Positions 9,868 to 18,434 of a DNA stretch of 28,777 bases are shown one piece after another. A program made the position numbers and the translations under genes. The stretch lies in the IMG/VR virus record IMGVR_UViG_3300016476_000586, positions 1 through 28,777 of that record; one strand, 5' to 3'. This stretch comes from a virus. Taxonomy: Duplodnaviria; Caudoviricetes. The first letter of the stretch is position 1, and each line of letters starts with the position of its first letter. Below the pieces are notes generated by a model. That model saw only the letters and a list, made by a program, of their open reading frames with translations, was not told the origin of the DNA and did not search any database.

Positions 9868-9871
9868 TAGT

Positions 9872-10612
9872 ATGGAACAATTATTCAGACGCGATTATCA
9901 GGGCGAGTACGTGGTATTTTTGACTACCCAAGTTAAGGGACAAGTTCAACAAAAACGGGACTGGGTGCCTAATACTATTGTTGAGCGCCACACCGGTAAC
10001 GCTGTAGTGTTTGGTAATGGCAGAAGCAGACTTGAACTAGACGTTACTTATGCTGTATTCGAGGATCATAAAGGCGGCCTTCATGCTACTAAAAAATTAA
10101 CTACTTACGGTTGCAATGCATTTTTCAGAGATGCTGCCCCACATATACTTGTTGTAAAACATCCTGCCCTGGCAAAAGAAGTATTTCAATCTGGATACGC
10201 AGACAATAACATTGTTATTACAACATCTAAAAATATTTTAACTTATCCCGATAAATTCCATCTTATTCCATTTGACCCAGGCTTTGCAGCTGGCCCTACA
10301 GCACTATACTTGGCAGCGTTTGACGGTCACAATCGTGTTTATTTCTTAGGCTTCGATGGCCACGAAACCGACAACTATAACAATAATGTATATGCAGGAA
10401 CTAATTCATATGCCGGCCCAAATGCACACGTAAGTTCCGAAGTATGGGAAGCACAAGCAAAACAAGTATTTGATGCATATCAAAACGTAGAATTTGTTCG
10501 TGTAATGCCAACTAGTTCGGCCCGCATACCTGAAGTATGGAAGTATGCAACGAACCTAAGGCAAATTGACTTTAGACAATTTATAAGCGAAGCCGATATT
10601 GGCGTTACTTAA
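9872..10612 (+). CDS. Maf/DUF115/GT42-like putative nucleotide-sugar transferase
   Basis: Motifs AVVFGNGRSR, YGCNAFFRD and AGPTALYLAAFDGHNRVYFLGFD parallel the GNGPS / CN / G..A..LG.K.IYL.G.D motifs of Maf and CstII-type enzymes. Confidence 0.6.
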   Translation: MEQLFRRDYQGEYVVFLTTQVKGQVQQKRDWVPNTIVERHTGNAVVFGNGRSRLELDVTYAVFEDHKGGLHATKKLTTYGCNAFFRDAAPHILVVKHPALAKEVFQSGYADNNIVITTSKNILTYPDKFHLIPFDPGFAAGPTALYLAAFDGHNRVYFLGFDGHETDNYNNNVYAGTNSYAGPNAHVSSEVWEAQAKQVFDAYQNVEFVRVMPTSSARIPEVWKYATNLRQIDFRQFISEADIGVT

Positions 10613-11040
10613 TCTAACTGTTCTAAAGTTTTTATTTTTTCTTTGTTTGCATCTAGTTTAAATGTTCTGAATACTCCCGGATGCAAAGGCTTCGGATAGT
10701 TATCTAGCTTTACCCAACAATAGCCGCTGTGTTCGTGATTTAGATCTGGCACAAATTCTTCGTCTACTTTGATTAAGAATGTGTGATATATAAAGGTTCC
10801 TTTATCGCTAGTGTACTGTTCGATAGGAATTACTTTAGCGTCCTTAATTTCTCCGCCCAGCTCTTCTCGAATTTCTCTATTAAGACCTTCTAGAATAGTT
10901 TCATTGTTTTCGATTTTCCCGCCAACAATGCCCCATGTGTTTGGATACTTGCCGCCTTCTCGCAGTAAGAATAGATAACGATGAGTTTGCCTACAGTATA
11001 TTAATGCGCCGCAGCTAGATTTTATAGAATTAGTTGCCAT
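10609..11040 (-). CDS. Nudix hydrolase
   Basis: Nudix box GGKIENNETILEGLNREIREELG and a C-terminal LNHEHSGYCW...PLHPG. Confidence 0.92.
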   Translation of the reverse strand: MATNSIKSSCGALIYCRQTHRYLFLLREGGKYPNTWGIVGGKIENNETILEGLNREIREELGGEIKDAKVIPIEQYTSDKGTFIYHTFLIKVDEEFVPDLNHEHSGYCWVKLDNYPKPLHPGVFRTFKLDANKEKIKTLEQLD

Positions 11041-12608
11041 TTTCCAGCAGTATAATGACCTTCGTAACTCTTAGTCCATGTGCCCGCCGCCCAGCGATAT
11101 TGAACAGAAGTAGTTAAATTAGTTACATATTCTATACTACTAGCAGCCCTGCTGTCAAATGCTACGATCCAGTGAACGCCATTATATTCGATAATATCAT
11201 TTGCGTATGCTTGTAATGGTGAACCGGTGCTGTCTTGCCAATTATATGCAGGTTGGGCTCCCTCCGGAGTTATATAGTCATTGACTAGCAAATACCTTGT
11301 GCCTGGCACGGGCGCAATTAAATCCGCAGTTGGTCGACTTCTGGAAGGATCAATTATAGCAGTTACGGGTTCTAAGGTGTTTACAGGTATAGTGTCGATA
11401 TCTGCAGTCCAAAGCAAAACGTTTTCATTTTGAGGATGATATGCAACTGTGCCCACAACTTCATTGCCATCGTCCAATTCCAATTTAATTTGGCTACTGC
11501 CGTTTGTCAAATTGCCGTAAACGTTAATTAAATCTCGCCATTTTTCGTTGTAACCCACTTTCGATGGCACTAATGTGAATGACAACCGATCCCCGATATT
11601 TGCACTTACGTTCAAATTGGTAGTAACAGTTTGCCCGTCTACACTTACAACGACGCAGTTGGCGTCAATGTTTGGGCCGGACACTCTCATGCCAGGTACA
11701 ACATCTTTACCGCTACTAACAGTGAAGGTAGTAGTATTTGCAATATTTGCAGCAACTTTTTTAATTACCTGCTGCCCAATCGGGTCGCTCACAGGTTCTT
11801 CGTAGCCTATTAACTGCAATTGATTGTTAATTAAAAGCACTCCGTATTGTAAAGGAGTAAAGTATTGCCTGCCCAATAGCTGATCGTCGTCATACAATGC
11901 AGCTTCTAGATCGCCGGTACTGTTAAAAATGCTAGCAATAATCTTCTGAATAACACCCATCTTACGAACTAAAGTTGGGCTACTGATCCAAATTGGTAAA
12001 CTAAATGTTAATGTGGCAATATCAACTTGCGGTGTAGTGCCTTCTGGTACAGAGCGACTAGTCCATTGAATGTTTTCTAATAGGACATAGCTTAAACTGG
12101 TCCAGTCTATATAATTATCGGTACTCTGTATTTCTAATGCAGGATTAAACAGTGTACAAATCTGTTCAATGATTTGCAATTTTTGCGTTGTATTAGAAGT
12201 CCAAATATCCAACTTAAGTTGTAAGTTATAGGGAACTGGCATCAAACGATCAACGCTTAGTGTGTCTCCCTGCTGCGTGCTATATTGCCCTGTGCTAGCG
12301 TCATAGTATCTTTCTCTAAGCTGCATCTTGCTAACAAAGGTTGGATTTTGTACTCTGGCACGATCGTAAGTGAGTCCAGAAATATAAGCAGCCATCACTG
12401 GTACGCTATTAAGATAACTTTCGCTACCCTGGTTAATAATGCTTGCTACTTGTCTGCTACTGTCCCCGTAAATTACAGGCACACGCTGAAGAGCCACTAC
12501 ACCATTGCGATCTCTTCCGAATTCAACTTGAAAATTAGAAACCATTCTAATAAATTGTATAACAAATCTTCGGATTTGTTCATCATAGAAGAAATTTTGT
12601 AAGCTCAT
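11022..12608 (-). CDS. gp15: Tail sheath stabiliser/tail completion protein (T4 gp15-like) with long C-terminal extension
   Basis: FFYDEQIRR...F.NFQV...RVPVIYG...ISGLTYDRAR...PVPYNLQLKLDIWT...LQIIEQI..LFNP matches the gp15 pattern. It is coupled to the gp14-like gene. Confidence 0.8.
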   Translation of the reverse strand: MSLQNFFYDEQIRRFVIQFIRMVSNFQVEFGRDRNGVVALQRVPVIYGDSSRQVASIINQGSESYLNSVPVMAAYISGLTYDRARVQNPTFVSKMQLRERYYDASTGQYSTQQGDTLSVDRLMPVPYNLQLKLDIWTSNTTQKLQIIEQICTLFNPALEIQSTDNYIDWTSLSYVLLENIQWTSRSVPEGTTPQVDIATLTFSLPIWISSPTLVRKMGVIQKIIASIFNSTGDLEAALYDDDQLLGRQYFTPLQYGVLLINNQLQLIGYEEPVSDPIGQQVIKKVAANIANTTTFTVSSGKDVVPGMRVSGPNIDANCVVVSVDGQTVTTNLNVSANIGDRLSFTLVPSKVGYNEKWRDLINVYGNLTNGSSQIKLELDDGNEVVGTVAYHPQNENVLLWTADIDTIPVNTLEPVTAIIDPSRSRPTADLIAPVPGTRYLLVNDYITPEGAQPAYNWQDSTGSPLQAYANDIIEYNGVHWIVAFDSRAASSIEYVTNLTTSVQYRWAAGTWTKSYEGHYTAGKWQLIL

Positions 12609-13984
12609 TAGTTATCTGCCTTGGGTGTTAGTGCTTTGCTTAAGCTTTGTCTTACTGGCTGTGTCTTGCCCTCTGCATCGACAAAAGTACCCGATTCGTT
12701 AACAAACCTGCTGCGCTGTGTTAGATTATTTGGTCCAGGAGTTAGATCTGTGCGTACAGCATCTTCGATCTTAGTCCAACGGCGCCCATCGAATCTAAAC
12801 AGTCTATTTGGAATGTAGTCTGTTCTTAATACATAATCGCCCACTCTTGGTTGTGCAGGGAAGCTAGTGCTAGCGGTAACAGGCCAACCGTCGGGCGCCA
12901 CTCCATCCCCGCCCAAATATGCAGGGATAGTGGTGTTGGGAGTTACTTGCGCACTATCAGTTAGTGTTACTGTGCTATCGACAGTAAGAGATGTATTGTC
13001 AGTATATGTACCCAATGGGTCACCGGGTCCTTGTAGTCCGTTCGGCCCTCTTTCTGGCTCTACATACAATGTGTCGGTGTCGTAGCCGCTCTTAGGAACA
13101 TCAATTTGTGCCTGTGCGATTACAGCATCGTTAATTTCGTTCAACTTAGCAAGATTAGTAATAAGCTGACCGATTGGTGTATCTTCATTGTCAACTAAGT
13201 TATCAATAATATCTTTGTATTCTTGGCTATTAACCATTGGAATAGCTTTAACACGAATTAAATGCGGCCACCAAGTTTGGCTGAAACCTTCTGCTGCAAA
13301 AGTCACATCTTGAATAACATAGAAACGCTTTAATACTGCAGGAATGTCTGCGTTCAATGGATAGTAATCCTTTTTGTGCTGTAGCTCAATGACGTCGCCG
13401 CTCATTAGCTTTCGGCCAATCATTGCTACAGTATCATTCAAATGGAACGTCATCACAATAGTATCTGAACTTAGCATTAAGCCAAACTGTGTAAGGTCCC
13501 AGTCGTTGTCGCTTACAGTGTAGATACCACGCATCACATACACACTAGTATCATACTTTCGATCTCTGTTTTCTAAAAACAATAGATCCTGGATATTTGT
13601 TATGGTAGGATTTGTGTAGTTGGGCTGAGTTGCATCTCTCCAAAAAACGCTAACAGGTGTTCCGCTGGGGATACTTGCAGTTACGTTTGAGCTGATTGTT
13701 ACGCTGTTTGATGATACATTAGTTGATGTAATTACAGCGTTGGCAGTTATGTTAATGCCTTGTACAGTTTGTCCTACTTCAAAGCCTGCAACGTTTGCAA
13801 ATGTTAGCGTATTGCCTGAACCAACAGTTGCTGTCAATGGATAAGCATTTGCACTGGTTTGTGGCCCCAAATACTTGTGCAGCAAAACCCCAGTGCCGCC
13901 CACAGTGAATTCTTCGCTTATGCGTTTATCAAAAAATTTGTAGTCGTTTGTGTGGTTGTCCCGCCACATGCTCAGTCTAGGCAT
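12608..13984 (-). CDS. gp14: Neck/head-closure protein (T4 gp14-like), extended
   Basis: DLLFLENRDRKYD...LTQFGLMLSSDTIVMTFH...GDVIEL is gp14-like. The start is moved to ATG 13984, which lies downstream of a TAAATA motif and a GGGA SD-like site. Confidence 0.65.
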   Translation of the reverse strand: MPRLSMWRDNHTNDYKFFDKRISEEFTVGGTGVLLHKYLGPQTSANAYPLTATVGSGNTLTFANVAGFEVGQTVQGINITANAVITSTNVSSNSVTISSNVTASIPSGTPVSVFWRDATQPNYTNPTITNIQDLLFLENRDRKYDTSVYVMRGIYTVSDNDWDLTQFGLMLSSDTIVMTFHLNDTVAMIGRKLMSGDVIELQHKKDYYPLNADIPAVLKRFYVIQDVTFAAEGFSQTWWPHLIRVKAIPMVNSQEYKDIIDNLVDNEDTPIGQLITNLAKLNEINDAVIAQAQIDVPKSGYDTDTLYVEPERGPNGLQGPGDPLGTYTDNTSLTVDSTVTLTDSAQVTPNTTIPAYLGGDGVAPDGWPVTASTSFPAQPRVGDYVLRTDYIPNRLFRFDGRRWTKIEDAVRTDLTPGPNNLTQRSRFVNESGTFVDAEGKTQPVRQSLSKALTPKADN

Positions 13985-14004
13985 ATAGAATCCCGATAAT
14001 AGTG

Positions 14005-14010
14005 TATTTA
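14005..14010 (-). promoter_or_regulatory. T4-like late promoter core TAAATA for gp14-gp15-Nudix
   Basis: caTAAATA on the minus strand, 20 nt upstream of ATG 13984. Confidence 0.65.
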
Positions 14011-14018
14011 TGGTTAGT

Positions 14019-14048
14019 TTGACAGTAAATACCAAACGGCACTATAAT
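14019..14048 (+). promoter_or_regulatory. Sigma70-type (early) promoter
   Basis: TTGACA (14019-14024), 18-bp spacer, TATAAT (14043-14048); both hexamers are perfect consensus. Confidence 0.85.
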
Positions 14049-14054
14049 ATGAAC

Positions 14055-14315
14055 ATGCATGAAATTCATCAGCAGAATCAAGCCAAATTAAGCGAGTGCT
14101 TGGCTATGTTGGCCCAATTCGATATCCGCGCCAAAAGCGCATTGTGGAAGTTCTACAATAATTGTCGGACAATTATGGTTGAGATGGATAAAGAAATGGT
14201 CTACTGCCGCCGCCGCGGGAAACTCAGTGGGAAATACTCGAGTTTACAAGCAGAATTTGATGAGTGTGTAAATACCTACAAACAATGGGTTACAATGGCA
14301 GCACTTTCGTATTAA
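14055..14315 (+). CDS. Hypothetical helical protein, probably an early gene and possibly leaderless
   Basis: The ORF sits directly behind a TTGACA-18-TATAAT promoter. ATG 14055 is at the expected transcription start; ATG 14049 is the alternative. Confidence 0.65.
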   Translation: MHEIHQQNQAKLSECLAMLAQFDIRAKSALWKFYNNCRTIMVEMDKEMVYCRRRGKLSGKYSSLQAEFDECVNTYKQWVTMAALSY

Positions 14316-14344
14316 TTGACGAAGTCCCGTTTTGGTAGTATAAT
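14316..14344 (+). promoter_or_regulatory. Sigma70-type (early) promoter
   Basis: TTGACG (14316-14321), 17-bp spacer, TATAAT (14339-14344), intergenic. Confidence 0.85.
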
Positions 14345-14370
14345 AAGCGTTTTGCAACTAAGGATTCATT

Positions 14371-15543
14371 ATGGCAACAGCAGCCGGTATTAAAATTAAA
14401 AACAAAGTTCCCAAGACTAGGAACCCCTTGTTTATGGATGAAAAGTACACCGGCGGCGAACCTGAATGGCCCCAGGATGCTGCCGAGTGGGACGACGCAA
14501 AGTTTGATAACCGTCTGCGCAAAAGCTTTTACTACTACAATTATTATTACAGCCAAAAGGACTGTAAAAAATACGTGTCTGAGTGGATGAAAAACTCGGG
14601 CACCTACACCAAAGAGGACATTAAAGCTTTTGACCGCGCTAGCGATAAAAGCATTTCGATGACCGCTTGCAGCCTGATCATGGCCCATAAAGCAGGCATG
14701 CCTTTCCGTGGTCGACATATTGATTTCCTACAGTCCAGCATTAACGATGCAATCGCAAAAGCAGAAGGTGAGCCCGTTGCAGAAGAAGCAAAGCCCGGGG
14801 AAGCGGTTGAAGTTTACAAGCCCACCATCCAGGATCGTCTAGCTGAAAAGACCAGTGAACTTATTGGCGAACTGGAAGGCGTATACGACAATGTACACCA
14901 AAACATCAAAATCGACTTTAAAGCCTACGACTTCCTGACAGGCAAAAACGTCGTACAAAGCCAGCTCAGCAAGTACGAAGCACTGTATTCTGCCCGTAAA
15001 GCAGAACTAGAAGAAGCGCAAGCCAAGACTGACGAACAGCTTAAAGAAGGTTATCGTCATTACAAAGCTGCTGATTTTAAGCGTATGATTGCATGGATTG
15101 ATAACCTGCTGGCAGCAATCGAGCAATATCGCGGCGTTAAGAAAGCTACGAAAAAGGCCCGAGTTAAGAAGGCACCCAGCAAAGAGAAGATGATCTCCAA
15201 GCTTAAGTACGCCAAGGATGACAAGCTGCTTAAACTGGTCAGTATTAACCCTGCTGATATTATTGGGGCAGCCGAGCTATGGATCTATAACTCCAAAACT
15301 CGCAAACTAGGCAAATATGTTGCTGCGCCATACAAAACACTGGGCATCAAAGGCACAAGTATTGAAGGGTTTGATACCGACAAGAGCGTGTGCAAAACCC
15401 TGCGTAAACCCGAAGAAAAGCTCAAAGAGTTTGGTAAAGCAGGCAAGGTGCAGTTGCGCAAATTCCTAGAAGATATCAAGGCAACTGAGACTAAATTGAA
15501 CGGTCGTATTAATACAGATATCGTTCTGCTTCGTGTAGCGTAA
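14371..15543 (+). CDS. Lys-rich hypothetical phage protein, probably early
   Basis: 390-aa ORF with an AAGGA SD, its own sigma70 promoter and a basic C-terminal third (KKATKKARVKK...KTLRKP). No family recognised. Confidence 0.8.
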   Translation: MATAAGIKIKNKVPKTRNPLFMDEKYTGGEPEWPQDAAEWDDAKFDNRLRKSFYYYNYYYSQKDCKKYVSEWMKNSGTYTKEDIKAFDRASDKSISMTACSLIMAHKAGMPFRGRHIDFLQSSINDAIAKAEGEPVAEEAKPGEAVEVYKPTIQDRLAEKTSELIGELEGVYDNVHQNIKIDFKAYDFLTGKNVVQSQLSKYEALYSARKAELEEAQAKTDEQLKEGYRHYKAADFKRMIAWIDNLLAAIEQYRGVKKATKKARVKKAPSKEKMISKLKYAKDDKLLKLVSINPADIIGAAELWIYNSKTRKLGKYVAAPYKTLGIKGTSIEGFDTDKSVCKTLRKPEEKLKEFGKAGKVQLRKFLEDIKATETKLNGRINTDIVLLRVA

Positions 15544-15548
15544 GATAG

Positions 15549-15586
15549 AAAGTCCTATTAGCTAAATATGGTTAATAGGACTTTTT
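15549..15586 (+). promoter_or_regulatory. Hairpin/terminator with late promoter TAAATA in its loop and the gp13 SD in its 3' arm
   Basis: aaagtcctatta (15549-15560) pairs perfectly with taataggacttt (15573-15584). TAAATA is at 15563-15568 and the 3' arm ends in a T-run. Confidence 0.75.
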
Positions 15587-15588
15587 AT

Positions 15589-16752
15589 ATGTCAACAGTA
15601 ATTCAGCCCGATCTAAAAAATGATTTTAGTTTAAGGACCCAAAACCTACACGGGCCCGGCCCAATTAGCATGGATAGTGCTATTGCGGCAAATCCACAAA
15701 TTCAAACCCTAAATCAGCTACGTAACGACATGGTCGATTACATTCGCTTGCGTTTAGGCGATCAAATTGTAGACATTGAACTAGACAAAGAACACTACGA
15801 TTTGGCGATCAAGCAAGCACTTGTAAAGTATCGTCAAAAAGCACAAAACGCAGTAGAAGAAAGCTATGCGTTCTTAGATTTAGAACCTAATGTACAAGAA
15901 TACATTCTGCCCAACTACATTATGGAAGTTAGGCAAATTTTCCGTAGGGGTATTGGTAGCGTAAGCGGAACAACAGCTAGTCAGTTTGAACCTTTTGCAT
16001 CAGGTTACCTAAACACCTACATGTTGGTAGCAGGTAGAGTAGGCGGCCTGACTAACTACGAACTGTTCACACAGTACCAAGAACTAGCCATGACCATGTT
16101 CGGTGGTTACATTAACTATACTTGGAACCGCGTGACCAAGAAGCTCACACTTGTAAGAAAAATCCCTTACGATAACGGACAAGTAATCAGCTTGAACGCT
16201 CTTTCTGCCAGTGGCACAGCTACTGGTAGCACTATCACAATTACACTTAATTCTGCACCTAAGCAGACAGTTAAAGTAGACGATAGTATCTATCTACAGA
16301 ATTGCCCAATTAACGGTTACAGCACCGAATACAGAGTAGTCACTATCGATCCTTCTCAAACAGTTATTACAGTAGTATCTAATCAGCCTTTGGGCGCAAC
16401 AACTGTTACAGGCAACGATTTACAAAAGACCACATGTTTGATTCCGGACCTGAATCCCGAAACAAACAATATGGAAAGTGTGCTGCTTTGGATCTATAAC
16501 TATAAGCCCGACAGCTTATTGTTAAGTGACCCAATGGTTTATCCATGGTTGCAAGATTACGCACTTGCATTCTGTAAAACTATTTTGGGACAAGCTCGCG
16601 GCAAGTTCTCGTCTCTTGCAGGCCCACAAGGTGGCACACAACTAAACGGCGCTGCCCTTATGGCAGAAGGTCAGGCTGAAATGGAAAAACTAGAGCTAGA
16701 TCTAAAGAACTATGTCGACGGCTCTCAGCCACTAACATGGGTTATCGGTTAA
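15589..16752 (+). CDS. gp13: Neck/head-tail adaptor protein (T4 gp13-like)
   Basis: DYIRLRLGDQIVDIELD...AIKQAL..Y and WLQDYALAFCKTILGQARGKF...GPQGGTQLNGAALMAEGQAEMEKLE are gp13 hallmarks. An AGGA SD precedes ATG 15589. Confidence 0.85.
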   Translation: MSTVIQPDLKNDFSLRTQNLHGPGPISMDSAIAANPQIQTLNQLRNDMVDYIRLRLGDQIVDIELDKEHYDLAIKQALVKYRQKAQNAVEESYAFLDLEPNVQEYILPNYIMEVRQIFRRGIGSVSGTTASQFEPFASGYLNTYMLVAGRVGGLTNYELFTQYQELAMTMFGGYINYTWNRVTKKLTLVRKIPYDNGQVISLNALSASGTATGSTITITLNSAPKQTVKVDDSIYLQNCPINGYSTEYRVVTIDPSQTVITVVSNQPLGATTVTGNDLQKTTCLIPDLNPETNNMESVLLWIYNYKPDSLLLSDPMVYPWLQDYALAFCKTILGQARGKFSSLAGPQGGTQLNGAALMAEGQAEMEKLELDLKNYVDGSQPLTWVIG

Positions 16753-16753
16753 T

Positions 16754-17443
16754 ATGAGAATTAATGAAATAGAACGAATTGATCCAGAAGATTGGGAAGG
16801 CGGTAAACAGGCACTGAATAAAGGGATGCCTGTTATAAAAAATGCTAAGAAACTTCCAGGTAGTTCGGGATTACTGTATTCAATTGACCAAGGGGAAACT
16901 AGAGGTGTAATTGATATCGCTTTGTGGGATCCTGCCAAAAAACCCATGTACAAAGGTGCTCCTGGAATGGAGGTAGGAAGACTAGAGTTAATAGAATTGC
17001 CTAGATTTGAAATACCCGGTGCAGTCGCAGTAAGCACTATCACAGTAGATGAAGATTACCGCGGACAAGGACTGTCCACAGCAATGTATAAAATTGTACT
17101 GAAAAGATTAATGCGACCTCTTGTTGCAGGTGATGCACAAACACCAGGTGGCAGAAGGAACTGGGTTAGTATTGCTAATATCCCCGGCGTGCAAATTAAA
17201 GGTTACGCCAGACTTGAAGAAGATGACTTGATGGACAAGGACAACATTGATGTTATCATGGGTAAACTAGGCGGGGAAATATCCCATAATGAAAGAAGCG
17301 GTGATTACTTTGTCACGTTCGATGTTATGCCATCAACTACAGGTCAAGAGTTAGAAGCATACATTAAAACCAATCTATCAAAAGTATATGATGAACCAAT
17401 TGGTATGCTAACTGGTCTGTATGCACAGTGGACCGGCGAATAA
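16754..17443 (+). CDS. GNAT-fold acetyltransferase-like protein
   Basis: Acetyl-CoA-binding motif A, VSTITVDEDYRGQGLSTAMY, followed by QTPGGRRNW. Confidence 0.7.
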   Translation: MRINEIERIDPEDWEGGKQALNKGMPVIKNAKKLPGSSGLLYSIDQGETRGVIDIALWDPAKKPMYKGAPGMEVGRLELIELPRFEIPGAVAVSTITVDEDYRGQGLSTAMYKIVLKRLMRPLVAGDAQTPGGRRNWVSIANIPGVQIKGYARLEEDDLMDKDNIDVIMGKLGGEISHNERSGDYFVTFDVMPSTTGQELEAYIKTNLSKVYDEPIGMLTGLYAQWTGE

Positions 17444-17448
17444 ACCTG

Positions 17449-17477
17449 TTGATCTATTCAGATTAACCTGCTAAAAT
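17449..17477 (+). promoter_or_regulatory. Sigma70-type promoter for the dNMP kinase gene
   Basis: TTGATC (17449-17454), 17-bp spacer, TAAAAT (17472-17477), with an extended -10 TG. Confidence 0.65.
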
Positions 17478-17501
17478 ACCTTCCTTGGAGAAGGTATTTT
17501 T
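17473..17501 (+). terminator. Hairpin (terminator and/or SD-sequestering) between the GNAT and dNMP kinase genes
   Basis: aaaataccttc (17473-17483) / gaaggtatttt (17490-17500) is an 11-bp perfect inverted repeat ending in a T-run just before the ATG. Confidence 0.65.
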
Positions 17502-18098
17502 ATGATTATTGGAATTTGCGGTCTTATTGGTGCAGGTAAAGATACTGCTGCTGATTATTTGGTTAATTTCCACGAATTTAGACGGGAGAGCTTTGCTGGC
17601 ACTCTTAAAGATGCAGTGGCTTCGGTATTTGGTTGGGACAGGGAAATGCTAGAAGGCCGCACCAAAACAGCCCGCGAATGGCGAGAGCAAATTGATCCCT
17701 GGTGGAGTGAACGCCTGAACATGCCCAATCTAACCCCCAGGCTAGTACTTCAGCTGTGGGGCACAGAAGTATGTCGCAAAGCATTCCACGATGATATTTG
17801 GATTGCCAGCGTGGAAAATAAACTGCGTCAAACCAAGGACAACATTGTAATCAGCGATTGCAGATTCCCCAATGAAATCGCTAGTATTCGTAATGCAGGC
17901 GGCAGGGTAATTAGAATTGCTCGTGGAGCAGATCCCGACTGGTTTAGCTTGGCTAAAGTTAACGTCGACGAGATGCGTAAACTTTACCCTAAAGTTCATG
18001 CTAGTGAATACAGCTGGGCTGCTACAGACTTTGATATGGTAATTGACAATAACGGATCAATTGAAGACCTATACGCAGAACTTAAAAATCTGGTATAA
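17502..18098 (+). CDS. gp1: Deoxynucleoside monophosphate kinase (T4 gp1-like)
   Basis: IIGICGLIGAGKDT P-loop, SFAGTLKD, TPRLVLQLWGTEVCR, ISDCRFPNE, HASE and IDNNGS. Confidence 0.93.
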   Translation: MIIGICGLIGAGKDTAADYLVNFHEFRRESFAGTLKDAVASVFGWDREMLEGRTKTAREWREQIDPWWSERLNMPNLTPRLVLQLWGTEVCRKAFHDDIWIASVENKLRQTKDNIVISDCRFPNEIASIRNAGGRVIRIARGADPDWFSLAKVNVDEMRKLYPKVHASEYSWAATDFDMVIDNNGSIEDLYAELKNLV

Positions 18099-18429
18099 TT
18101 GTTGCAGGCTTCCAAGGAAATCTGCCAGCAGCTATTTCTACCCTGCAGTTTAAACAAACAGATTTTAAATTGAGAGGGTTAACATTCTTTAAATTCCCGT
18201 CAACATGATAGACAGACATCTGCTTGTCGGGAAATTTTGATTTAAACCCGCACTTATCGCAAACTGCTTGTTTCCGATAGCCTGCTTTATACCAAGCAGG
18301 CACTTGCTTAAACTTTTTGCCCTTACGGATACAGCTATCACAAAGCTTCCTATAATGATATATGCCGTCTTTGATGTAGTTCACAGCGGCAGGACATTGA
18401 TTGCATACAGGGCATAGCGGTCTACTCAT
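18082..18429 (-). CDS. Zn-binding HNH-like protein with degenerate nuclease motif
   Basis: Four CxxC pairs (CPVC, CDSC, CDKC, CLNC) and VYHVDGNLKNVNPLNLKSVCLNC. The start is moved to ATG 18429, 5 nt behind TAAATA. Confidence 0.75.
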   Translation of the reverse strand: MSRPLCPVCNQCPAAVNYIKDGIYHYRKLCDSCIRKGKKFKQVPAWYKAGYRKQAVCDKCGFKSKFPDKQMSVYHVDGNLKNVNPLNLKSVCLNCRVEIAAGRFPWKPATIIPDF

Positions 18430-18434
18430 ATCTG

